From Macrostomum lignano (Eukaryota), in assembly GCA_002269645.1 (NCBI GenBank), contig NIVC01003949.1, positions 3,964-67,963 on the forward strand: a stretch of 64,000 nucleotides of DNA. Reading direction: 5' to 3'. How positions within the stretch are numbered: the first letter of the stretch is position 1; each line of letters opens with the position of its first letter. This document shows, piece by piece, positions 11,919-23,510 of this stretch. A model generated the notes under the pieces. The model was not told the origin of the DNA and ran no database searches. It saw nothing but the letters and a program-made list of their open reading frames with translations. The position numbers and the translations under genes were made by a program.

Positions 11919-13508
11919 ATGGCGATGGCATCTGCTGAACTGTCACTCTATGCTATTGCAACAGCAGACAAGAAGAAGGTTTTCATTTGATCTAACAAAA
12001 AATTCCAAGACTTTATTGCTATTGGTTGCAATGCTTTGGGAGTTGACCCAATTGGCATCGTGATAACAAACGAAGACGGTGTCAAAATTCAGGAGGAAGA
12101 GATATGGCTAGCACTAGTAGCCGAGAAGCATTTGCAGCTATTTTTATTTGTGACGTCTTCAGCTTCTGCTAATGCATGCTCTGCATCTACTGCATCAGCT
12201 ACAGTAGCTGAATTGGATTCAGCAATTGCATCATCATCTCAGGCGGAAGTACCAACGCTGCCTCCAGTGCCAGCATTTTACAAGATACCACAGTATCCTA
12301 CTACTTTGGTTTTAAGAATTGCTTCTACAAATACGCGAGAAAAGGCAGCGAGATTAATGATGGACGAAACTTTTGTGCACTGCCTTGTTCATCCAATTGC
12401 TGATGAAATCACGAGCAAGTATGCGAATACGGAGAAAATAAGCCTCAGATCAACGGAACTCAAGGTGTTTTCAAGTGCCATCGTTGCTGAGTTCCCAAAT
12501 TTGGCAGATGTTAACACGGTGGCTAGCCACACTTTTTGGCGACTCCGGATTTGCCGCAGCCTTAAAACCTAGTGGGAAAAAACGTTTGTCTGTGGCAGTG
12601 CTTTGCCACCCAAAGTTCTTGCCCAGCGAGAGAAGTATGGCCGCGGACAAGGCCAGGACAAAAATTGACAAGCGAGAAAGACTAGCAACCACAAACCACG
12701 GCAATCTGCTGCTTTGCTATCTGATGACGAAGACGGTGAGGAGGTTGATGAGGAGCAAGATGACGGCAGTGATTCTAAGGAAAATGCTGAATGTGAAGTA
12801 GAATGCCGAGCTAGCGATCTGACTTCACTTATTGATGAGTTGCTCATTGAATTCGGGGCTGCTGGTGCTAGCCAAGACTTTGCGGCTATGATCGAAGGTG
12901 GACAGCTGCTAGTCAGCATGCAAGAAGCATCCGAGGCAATGGAAGCGACATTTGCAGAACGCAGTCATGCTGTGCAAAAAATGACACTAGCCGAGAAATT
13001 TTTGGCATATCCGCTGTTATCAAACTCGCAGCTTCTCTGTGAGGAGGCCATTCAAGTAGTAAATGTCTACTCCAGCAATTCTAAATCGGACTACCTGGCT
13101 CAGAACAGCACAAAAATCTGCACCCTGTTAGACCAATTGCGCGATCTTACACAGTGGATGAATGGAAGCACTTTGCTTCTGTCTAGGTCATCTTGTACCA
13201 AGCCGTTTCTCCAACAGTCAGACGATCCTGAAGTTTCCATTAAAAACGGTTTTATGCTTCTGGCCATCAAGGCCAAAGTGCACAACCTTGACGCCTTTTT
13301 CGACTCAAATCGCCACATTAGCATTGTGGCAGATGGTGACGTTTCAAGTTTTGACGGTCGTTGGAGTGGCGTGCAGGTGTCCACAACTAATATCAAGACG
13401 GAATCTGCTTTGGAGACGATTCTTTTGTACGTTCTAGCATTTCTGGCGTTAAATTTAAAGCATGACCGCCGCACAGAAAACCTGCTGGAGACGGTTGAGA
13501 AATCCTAA
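11919..13508 (+). pseudogene. Accessory ORF2 of the CACTA-type element (CIDE-N/PB1-like N-terminus, acidic linker)
   Basis: ATG 11919 is in frame with track ORF 12036; ...ALGVDPIGIVITNEDGVKIQEEE resembles CIDE-N; one in-frame TGA and a frameshift between 12572 and 12714; C-terminal YVLAFLALNLKH resembles the F-x-x-N-L-x-Y motif of such ORFs. Confidence 0.65.
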
Positions 13509-14438
13509 GCGAGCCACCAATCAGTCAGTCGAGTTGACAGTGCAAGTTTTGCCCAGTAGTTTTTTGTGATCAACAATGAACTTGACAAAGTGTCTCATCC
13601 TCCAATTGTGCTTCTCAGAAATTTCCTAGCCACCCAAATCTCCCATGACCAGCCACCAAAGTCTCCCCTATACTCAGCCATGCACCCAAATCTGCCGAAA
13701 CCAGCCACCTAAGTCTCCCCTACTCAGCCACCCAAACAGTTTCTCAGTTGCTCACATTTGCTCAGTTGCTTACCATTGCTCACATTTATTCACAATTTCT
13801 CACAATTGCTCTATGTTCTGTTTTTTTGTTTCTTTAATAAAAAAATACAATTAAAGTGCTGGATAACTAAGACAATTATTCCACTATTCAATCAATGAAA
13901 TGAATTATGAAATTTTGAATCTTGATTAATAGGCCTACATAAAACATAGGTAAAATTTACCTAAAATGTAGGCCTAGTCTGATACAAATGATGCAGATAA
14001 GGCTCAAATGCTATATTGATTTTATTAGAAATTAGGAGTCTAGAATTCTGAAGCTAGATGCATATTATTTTTTGTATTTGTATAGAAATATAAATTTTGC
14101 TATATAATTTGCTTCCGTATTATAAGCTCTCATATTTTAGTTTAAAAGTTTGACTAAACCCAAGCATCTCAATTCTTACTTGCAGCTAGTGAGCAAGAAA
14201 GTTATCTGAAGACTTTCAATATTCCCATGTTTTTCATGCTAAACACTTGTTTTGGTTTGCAACACTGAGCCTTAGTTATTAATATTACTAAGGTTATATA
14301 GGTTATAGGCCAAGGCCAATGAGGTTTATAAAGTTAAGCCGTACAATTAAAAAAATATTTTAAAAGTTTAAATTATTTTTTAAATATGTTTTAAATACAA
14401 TAAGGCAGAAAGTATGTATAGTATATATAGTTATAGGC

Positions 14439-14550
14439 GGCTATCCTATAGTTTTGCACGTTAAATTATTACCCCCACCCCCCACCACCCTTGAATAGAG
14501 GGCAAAATAATTCCGTAAAATAATTTAACGTGCGAAACTACAGGATAGCC
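14439..14550. mobile_element. 112-bp Merlin-type MITE
   Basis: 32-bp TIRs GGCTATCCTATAGTTTTGCACGTTAAATTATT (2 mismatches), GG...CC termini, perfect 8-bp TSD TTATAGGC at 14431-14438 and 14551-14558. Confidence 0.9.
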
Positions 14551-14901
14551 TTATAGGCTTATTTGTCATTTTGTCCATATATATTGAGATTTTCCTTTAG
14601 GTTTAAGCCCTACTTTATTTCAATTCATTTGGTTAATTCTAAATTAAAATAAATAGGCCTAATCTTTAGGCCTAACTTTAAAATAAATTTCTAGTTAATG
14701 CCTAGTTAAATAAAATTTTTGGTAAATAAGCCTTTTCATATGATGTTGCTTGTTTTGGTTCTAGAACCAGATCATATTTGTAAAGTATAACTTTTTGCCT
14801 CCTAAACTAATGAATAGGCATATAGCTATAGGGCTAGCTAGGCCTATATGTGCTATAAGTATTTGTATATATAAAGTTGTCATTTTTACTTTAGCTATAA
14901 G

Positions 14902-15476
14902 CCACACTCAGGAAGGTTACATGTAAGCTGGAATTTTCCGGCGTACCATTGAAAAGTTTGGCTATTTTGGCGTACCACTTTGGCGTACCACTTTGAGCTC
15001 GAGAAATTTTTGGCGTACCAATTTTGGTGAATAAATTCATGCCGTGTATAAAAATTGTAATGTAAATTAACCCTTTTTAGTTTTAGTTTTACATAAAATA
15101 AAGGAAAATTAGTATAGTCTAGAAAATAAGTGATAAACTTTCTGCTGTTTTAAAATTAACAATAAATAAAACTTGAGTAAATTATTGCTAAGAATGTAAA
15201 TTTTGCATTTTTTTCTGTAGGTTTAATTTAAGTTTGTTTAAAATGAAAATATTCGTAATTTTTTGATCAAGAATTTTCGTACGAAAACCTTTCTTAGAAA
15301 ACTCTACTCGTCAAAACCGAATGACCTTTTTTAGGAGGAATTTTTGGCGTACATTTTAGGGAATTTTTTTGTTTTTGGCGTTAAATTATAATTAAGTAAG
15401 TAAATTACACTGGCGTACATTTAGCTGAGATAGGATTTTTGTTCCGGCGTACACTACTACACAATCTGAACCATGG
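14902..15476. mobile_element. Putative non-autonomous hAT-like element with repeated GGCGTAC motifs
   Basis: 8-bp direct repeat GCTATAAG at 14894-14901 and 15477-15484; CCA...TGG ends; GGCGTAC at 14940, 14969, 14982, 15012, 15346, 15412 and 15446. TIR match is poor. Confidence 0.45.
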
Positions 15477-15780
15477 GCTATAAGTTAGAAAAAAACTTTC
15501 AAAGAAAGCATTCAAAGGAAACCCTTGTGATTGAAGGCTTGCCTAACTGTACAAAGCATAACTGCCATAAGATTAAGATTTAAGAATATACGAGTTAACT
15601 GTAGGGCCTATTAATTACAGCAACATTAAACGTTCTGGCTCATTCCAAGTGTTTAAAGAACGGAATTTACAGAATAGCATGCTGGACCACTATTTTTACT
15701 ATAATTAGGACGCAAAGATTCAACTCAAATTTATGCGTTATTAAAAGTCACAATAAAACACAATTTTTTTATAATTACTA

Positions 15781-16138
15781 TTTTTTTTTAGAGGCAGGGG
15801 GGTTGTGTGCACCCTGGCGCACTTTAAGCGACATAGGCACACAACCGGCGAGAGGCATTACTGCCCATTCCGCCGACTCCCCTGAGCAGGCATACAAGCG
15901 CGCGGATACGTTACGCAGGCACACACTCACACAGGAGTGTACAGCGGCCCTAACTTTATCAATTGTTAGGCATGTACACTTCACTGCGCCTTGGGGGGTT
16001 GGCTCTCAAGGCCGTTAATTGCACAAGCGAGCCAAGCTGAAATTCCAATTCAGCCCCAAATTAATGTGGCTGCACTTGGAATCGAGCCTGGGTCGCGGCA
16101 CACCAGAGCAGCTGCGCTACCACTGGGCTACGGCCCCC
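15781..16138 (-). mobile_element. tRNA-derived SINE (about 357 bp) with A tail
   Basis: Minus strand begins GGGGCCGTAGCCCAGTGGTAGCGC; A box TAGCCCAGTGG (16130-16120); B-box-like GGCTCGATTCC (16088-16078); GC-rich body; A9 tail at 15789-15781. Confidence 0.75.
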
Positions 16139-16800
16139 TAGTTTAATAATATAATAATATTATAATTTATAATAATAAATTGTTATTGTTTGAATAGAAA
16201 AATAAAATTGACCAATATCTGGTCTGTTATAATTAAATATTAAAGCTATATAAAGAACTTTAAAATTAAGACACCGTAAACTATCCGCGCCGGCGTAATG
16301 CGCGCTACAGTCACATGGAGGACAATGAGGCAAGGACGACTTGCAATCGTCCTTGAGTCCTTAAGTCGTCCTTGCAATGAGGCTTTTAACGAGGCTTTTC
16401 ATATAGGGGCCTACCAATTCCAGAACCAAAATCATTTCGGATCTTTGCAGAAAAAAGCAGTAAAACTTTATTAGATGGTTGACTGCCTAAACAGCCTAAT
16501 TTTGCCCAATTTTTTTCACTTTGGTCGTGAATATTTCTATTCAATATTTGCAACTTTAATTATAGCACGCATTTTCCTTTTATTTTTTGGAGACAAAAAG
16601 TTAGGCCTATAGGGCCTACTTTACAAATTGGATCTGGTTCTAAAACCAGAGCAAGCAATATGAAAAGACCCAATGTTAGGCCATAGGTGGGGGTTGGATA
16701 ATATCAAATTTTCGAGATTAAATTCTTGCTCATGTTCAATATTCAAGAATCAAGATTAGGCCTAATTTGCATAATTGCATAGGCCTATAGTAGGTAGGTA

Positions 16801-18046
16801 GGCAATTTTCCTTTTCCGTTCATTAAATTATTTTTTCAATTGAAACGTATTGGGAACATTGTGAAACACTCAAAAATGATGTAACTAAACAGAACAGAAC
16901 AGAACAAGTGTAGTGCTGATTAGTGTTCACTCAGCACTCAGCACTCTGGTCTCTGCAGTGATATTTACACAACGTAGTAGTGGGCGATCCAGTAGAGCAT
17001 GTTGCCGAAGGTGTTGGTGGGATGCATTTTGTGCCACATTAATTCTTCTAGGTAGGACTCAAACAGAGCCTTACTAGTACCATGCATGGCACAAAATTTG
17101 GCCTTGCAGTGTGCCCATGTCCCCTCAATGAGGTTTGTGTGCATCATTGGGTCCTGAGGATTAACAAATGCCAGCTAGTGGTTCACAACTTGGTGGTTCA
17201 CACCTGCAGCCTAAAGCTAGGCATAAGCTTGCCATCTGTCCATTATGATGCGAGTTCCAGGAAGGACATGGCATTGGATGAGCGGCAGGAGGGTGGCAGC
17301 ATTGCGTTGCGCAACTGGCACGAGTATACACTTCCTGGCCCCATGCTCTATCATGCTAAGCACCCACTGACCGTCATGGTGAGCTCCTTGGTAGAACTTG
17401 CAGTAGAAAAAGTATGATTCATCTATCTCCACTTTGCGGCCGGGGCCACCAAGCTCAATGGGATGGTCCGTGAGGAATTGGGTGCAGATATCACAAATGA
17501 AGTTCTGCCAATCAACAATTGCATTGTGGCCAATGTTGCTCTGGCGTTGGCACTTACCTTGCTTCACATTGGTTGCCCACTACCAGATTAGGTCTAGCAG
17601 TTGCGTCAGCGTCAGGTGGCTACCCTTGAAAAACGATCCCTTCCTGATTGACACTTGAGCATGACACCCAACATACGCCCACACAAGCCCATCAATGTAG
17701 CGGTCACCTGCACGCCATTGCAGCCGCATTGCCGGTGCTCCAGGACAGGCTACACAAGAACATGTGTTGGCCAGCAGGTGGTATGACACCATCTAGTTGA
17801 CAACATCTTGGGATATAGCCATGATGGCCCCTAGCTCTCGCATGGTAAAATTGATGTTTGTCAACTCCATTGCTAGTCGCACTTGAGCAGGGGGCACGAT
17901 AAACTTTAGTGCAGCAGGGCGTCTAGCCATGTTGTTCAAGATACGATGATCAGGCTGAAAAGTTACATCATTTTTGAGTGTTTCACAATGTTCCCAATAC
18001 ATTTCCATTGAAAAAATAATTTAACAAACAGAAAAGGAAAATTGCG
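16801..18046 (-). mobile_element. Merlin (IS1595/IS1016-related) DNA transposon, 1246 bp
   Basis: 86-bp TIRs (16801-16886 and 17961-18046; 6 mismatches), left end GG, 8-bp TSD GGTAGGTA at 16793-16800 and 18047-18054. Confidence 0.95.
16965..17930 (-). pseudogene. Merlin/ISXO2-like DDE transposase with in-frame stops
   Basis: C-x-x-C finger, SIRKGSFF, KVEIDESYF, QWVLSMIE, LPGTRIIMDRWQAY, HTNLIEGTWAHCK, YLEELMW; TAG at expected Trp codons (e.g. 17795-17793). Confidence 0.9.
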
Positions 18047-18712
18047 GGTAGGTAAGTAAGTAGGGCAGTAGGCCTATCCTCTAATATAATAACTGTATAG
18101 GCTATTTTCACTAGGCCTAGGCCCTATTCTATCTATCAATATTGTTATTGTTAGTCTACTTGTTGTTTAATGTTTACAGTGATGATAATATTAAAAAATA
18201 AGCTTGTTAATTACTTAATCAAGTTGATATAGGCCTATATAAATGTAAGTATTGATATTGAATAAAATTGGCAAGCTTCAAGTTTGTTTTATAAAATGAT
18301 TATTTCTTATCATCCAAAGCTAAAACCCAAAAGTGACCCAAAATTTTAATGTCAACAATGCAAGCAAGCATGTAATTGAGATAGGCCTATAGGCTATAGC
18401 TTATTCATTTTTATTCATTAAAAATATTCAAAAATGTCATTATTTATTCAGCTTATTTAGAGCTTTAAGTTCAAATTAGCTTCAATGAACAATAGCTATT
18501 GTGTAGTTTCAGCTAAGAGCAATACCTCTTCTTGGTCACAATGAGTCTCTTAGGCTTAGCATTAGGCCTAGGCCTAAAGAGATGTTCAGAATCTGTTTTT
18601 CAATTAATATAAAGCTGTGCACAAGACATGGCTTTTGGTGTTTGGGAGCTGCAAACTTGGGAGGTTTGTTATTAAATAATGAATGAGGAAGGTGATTAGT
18701 AGAGTTTAGATG

Positions 18713-19093
18713 GCAAGGCAAACCCATAAAACTCCATTAGCAAGAAAAGAGAGAGAGGGGGGTTAAAGTGGCAAACATTGAAGGACTGGGGGGGGGGAGG
18801 AAGGGTTGGCTAAAGTGACAAGAAACAAAAAATATTATTTCTTTTCAGTATAAGTCCTTCAGCACTAAAGAGAAATTCAGAATCTGCACTAGAGGCAGGG
18901 CCAACTTAGGGGGAGGGGTTGAAGTCAATGAAAAACGAAAGTGATCAGTGAAGCCTACAAGTTTAAGTAGCAAGGCAAACCCATAAAACTCCATTGCAAG
19001 GAGAGAAAGAGAGAGAAAGAGAGAAAGGAGGTTTAAAGTGGTGAATATTAAGAGACTGGGAAAGAGAAGAGGAGGGGTTGGCTAAAGTGACAA
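18713..19093. repeat. Direct duplication of an approximately 110-120 bp purine-rich unit (18713-18821 and 18970-19093)
   Basis: Both copies run GCAAGGCAAACCCATAAAACTCCATT...TTAAAGTGG...GGGTTGGCTAAAGTGACAA. Confidence 0.7.
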
Positions 19094-20794
19094 ACATAAA
19101 GAAAAGGGGAGGGAGTTAAATGGGAGCAGATTTAGATTTGTCTCTTGTTTTCTATATTAAGTTGATGGGCTTATTATCAATTTATATAGATTGATTCACT
19201 AATTGTGACTATGGTATGTCTGGTACCCTGTCTATGCCCTAGCAGTGCCTAGGCCTAGTCTAGACTCTAGTGTTAAGATGATAAAATTTCTGACTTACCT
19301 TCCAAGCTGTTTCTTTCCTATCCTGTTTTGATTGAGTCACTATAGTCATTGATTACAATACTTACATTTAATTCAAACATTTATCTAACCCAATAATGAA
19401 ATTAGGACATACCCAAACCTTTTATAGAAAGTGCAATATGCATAGCAAATGGTTCTAACAAATCCTAAATAATACAATGAGACTCAAATTTTGGGTATCA
19501 TTGTACCCAAAAGTGTAAATAGATAAGAGCAAAATAAATAGAGCAATAGGCTAAAGTTGTAAATAAAGCAATAGATAGGCCTAGGATAATAAAAATAGCA
19601 ATCAATAGATAGATAGATAGATAGATAAAGCAATAGATAAGACTTAGAATCTAGATCATTTTCTGATGCTGTTTCCTATCCCTTTTCACTTTTGGTCACA
19701 AACATCATTTTTTAGCCCATCTACCATGGCATTATGTTGCACAGTTGCAGCAACAATTCAAGCTTGAAAATATTATTAGGAAACAAACAAATTAGAAAAT
19801 CACCATAATCTTATAATACCATAGCCACAAATCTCTAACTATAAAAATCAATAGTCATATAATTACAAATCTCAACTTTTTTTCAAGATTTAAAACTAAG
19901 ATGCCAAGTGCCAAGATCTTGACAATCAAGATTGTGAACAAGATCCCTAGCCATAGGCCATGAAAATTAGTTTTACAAAGATAGGTTCTCAAAGACCATG
20001 ATATATAACTTATGATAGGCCACCTATTAATCACTTATATTGCTATATAAGCTAATGCTATAAAAACTTTGCAACTTGCAACAATGCTAAAATCAATAGG
20101 GCATATTGAACTTAATTTTATTAGTGTTTCTGCAATATAGGCATCTGTCTTTTTGAGTATTCAACTTATTTGTAAGCACTAAGCATGTCCAAAATATTAA
20201 AATTCTATTCTAGTAAGATACTTGCAAGGTTGCAAAGGCTTTCTTGATTAGATGATTTATATCTTACAAGTAGAACTCCTTCTCAGAAGAGAAAAGAGAA
20301 GAACTTATATCACCAGAATTCTATGATTTTATACCTCACAAAATGAACAATAAAAAGAAGCTGTTTGCTGTTTGCATTATTGGCTAGTTCTGTTTAAATT
20401 AATATGTATATTAAAAAATCACAGTCACATACAGTTTCTTACATAGTCTAGTTACAATCATGCACAAAAATCATTGTTGGTTGATTTTAAAATTTGATAT
20501 GTACTAATATTGACAATAGAGATAAAAATAATGGCACAATGCTTAGTTTAGCTGATTATATATATTGGTGGCTATATATTCTAGAGTGAAAAAATAGTGT
20601 CAACAAAGATTAAAAAGTTTTGTTCTCAATCATGCTTGGCACTTTGTCTCACATGTTTGCTCTGCTCACTGGAAAACTAGTCAAAAGTCTATATTTAAGA
20701 CATGTAGGCTTGTATATTCATATATTGAATTAAGATATGAAATATAAATAAGACATGTATATAGCAAGGCACTCAGTAACTCCATTTTGATTTT

Positions 20795-22760
20795 TTTAAC
20801 TCCGTTGCCAGTGTCAGGTGCCCCAGCATTACACAGCAGGCAGTCCATGTATCGATAGGTTTGGGCTTGACCCCGACTTATTTTCTCCCTGCAATATGAG
20901 CAGCAGGACGTCCTGAATAGGTTGGCAGCAGTAGCCCTCGGCCTGGATCATGTGGCCTGCCAGTTAAAGTTACTGCTGGCACAGGATGGTGGACAGGCAC
21001 TGCAGCTTGGCCCGATCATACAGGGCCTCGGTCATAATGCTCTTGTCAGCTCAAGTTACCCTTGAACTCAACACCGAGTCAAATGCCTTTTGAAAGTCAA
21101 CAAAGACAATGATCAGCGTAGACTAGCGGATACGCGCCTCCTCGATGACCCGGCGGAGTGCAAGGATCTGTCACTGTACCCCATTGGGGCCGAAATCCGA
21201 TCTGCTCGTACTGCAGGTACGGGTCCAGCACCGACTGCAGGCGATCGAGAAGCAGACGGTTGAAGAGCTTCGCGGTGCAGGACATCAGCGAGATCCCGCG
21301 GTGGTCTTCTTTCCGCGTGCGCCTGCCTTCTTTTGATCGGCACGATGTGCGCGACAGTCCACTCATGACGCCTGTGACCTGGGAAGCCACACAGCGGAGC
21401 CGCAGCGTCTCGACCGAAACTTCGTCGGGGCCGAGCGCCTTGCCGCCTGGCTCTTCACGTCGGGGCCGACTGCAGTGATCGAACTCAAACGCGTCTTCAG
21501 CGTCGCCTGTGGGCCGCCTGTTGAAGTCGCTCGATGTTGAGCCGCGCCTGCCTGATGGTCGGGTCGCTCTGCCAGACAGGCAGCGATTTTTGCGCTGGCC
21601 GCATCAGCGGGACCGTCTACTCCGCAGTGGCTCTAACGGCGGTGCTGATGTCGGTATACTCCGCCTCGCGCTGGTCTCCAAGCGCGCCGACGAAGGCGCC
21701 CGCGAATTGACGCTTCACGCGGGTGTCAAACAGTGCGCGATAGTAGCGCCGTGGCCGCTGCTTTGGCGGTCGGTAGAGCTGGTCGCGGAGCCGCAAGTCG
21801 CAGATCAGGAGTCGATGGATGGTCTGACCGGAGAGCCAGCGGAGCCATGGTGTCGCAGTAGACGCGGAGGCGATCGCGAGTGCGAACCAGCGCATGATCG
21901 AGTTGCGCCAGTCTCCTCGTGGTGTTCCGCCCGCATGAGTTCCGTCACCTTTTGCAGCCCGTAAAGGTGACTTGCAGCCCGCACCGCAGGGGGCTTGCGG
22001 AACTGGGTGTTCGCGGACACCAGATCCAGCCAGTCAAGCAGGTCCTCCAGCGCATCGGTGTTTGGCGTTCTCGCGTCCCGCGACAAAAGACGAGTGCTCG
22101 GACCTCCGCAGGACTGCGTTCAGGTCTCCGAGCACTGCCAGCGTGTCGCGGTTTGGCACCTCTATCAGCTGCCTAGCCAGGAAGTCGAAAAACACGAGCC
22201 TCCTCGGGGTGAGCAGCGGTGGGTGCATACGCGCAGAACAGCCGGATGCTGTTCCACCCGCATCAGTCGCGGGGACAGCGAGATGCAGTGCACGCTCTGC
22301 TGGAGGCGCGGTCCGATCAGCACGCCGACACCGCCTCGGCCGCGATCGTCTGCCGACGTGTACAGGAGGCTCCAGCCGGCTCCGAGGTCCTCAGAGTGGA
22401 GCCCCGGCTCAGCCACAATAGAAACCTCCTGCAGTGAGACGAGGTCCAGCTGTAGGTCGTGGGCCAGCTGGACAATGATGGTGCGACGCCAGGGGCCTTC
22501 AGAGTTCGGCAGTTCATCGTGCCGAGTCTGAGGCGGCCTTCTGGTACAGCTGGGGCCAGATGGAGGTTGGCCTCGTGGTCCCCGGCGCCACCCGGCTGAT
22601 CCATAGTTTGATCCATAAGACACTAGCAGGGACTGGGGGCAACAAGCGCCTGGCCGCGCCACGGAGTCGCCCTCGCCGGTTGCGCTCGCAAGGATACTCG
22701 CGACATGGACTCAGTATCACAGCATCTTAAATTGCGCATACATTTAATGAACTCAAAACA
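20795..22760 (-). mobile_element. RTE-like non-LTR retrotransposon, internally deleted
   Basis: ATG near 22616; APE motifs LGTMNCRTL, LQEV, VLGDLNA; RT start RGISLMSCTAKLFNRLLLDRL, EQIGFRP, VFVDFQKAFDSV, joined near 21070 directly to the C-terminal EALY...LAGHM; the YADD core is missing. Boundaries approximate. Confidence 0.85.
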
Positions 22761-23510
22761 TTTTGAAAGCCAGATATGCAAAGAGATCAAACAACGCATC
22801 TGATTCATTGTGAATAATTCTAGGAAAGACAGCGTATTTCTGCTTACTTTTGTTGTTGCTTCAGAAAACGAGCTGTCTTCTAATTCAGTCTATATCTGTC
22901 AAACACTGAATGCGCACTTATTAACTAACCCACGCAATAAGCCCAGCCTTTCCATATTAAGATTTTAGTATATAAAATTCAACACTTTGTGCAAGTGCAC
23001 TGAACTCTTATCTGCTATAAACTGCCCAGGGCTAGATCTGTATATACATGGCCGATTCATACGAGTCTTCTAGCATACCGCGTGGAAAGATATATTAAAT
23101 ATAAGAGTACCACCAACCAGTCTAACCGTAGCTGTTCGTTTAATTTTGATAATTATTAAAATGCATTATTTAACTAGCAATTGCTCTTTCGTGTAGCTTC
23201 AAATGTCGATTCGTGTGCTCAGTGTGTGTACTCTCTTTCTCTCTGCCTTTAACTACATAGACTTACCTGTTGCTAGAAAAAAATGTTGGCGAGTTTACAC
23301 ACGGCTGGGTAGCTGCTGCCCATTAAGGGGCTGCTTGACAGCTCCACAGCTCCCCGCACCTTCATAATTGAAGCGTTTGCCTAGGTAGCTAATAAACTGG
23401 ACAGGTCTTAACAGTGAATGGATCTTGTTATAATAATTATGTTGCTCCAAGTTTCAGCTGATGTGTTAATAAATTGAACAGTAGAGAGAAAAGGTCAGTA
23501 TTTAGACAGC

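Larger units (their letters stand above)
7018..13750 (+). mobile_element. CACTA/EnSpm (CMC)-type DNA transposon with two ORFs, decayed; 3' end uncertain
   Basis: 5' terminus CACTGTAAAAAAT at 7018 with GTGGC(C/T) subterminal motifs; inverted AGCCAC motifs clustered at 13629-13731; a possible degenerate 3' end TTTCTCAGTTG near 13750; transposase and accessory ORFs inside. Confidence 0.75.

Noticed and set aside
16066-16137. Functional tRNA gene
   Set aside because: The cloverleaf does not close properly, the B box is degenerate, there is no T-run terminator, and it continues into a body and A tail; treated as a SINE head.
22620-22760. HDV-like ribozyme at the RTE 5' end
   Set aside because: Such ribozymes are known in RTE 5' UTRs, but I could not assemble P1/P2/P3/P1.1 by hand; needs a descriptor search.
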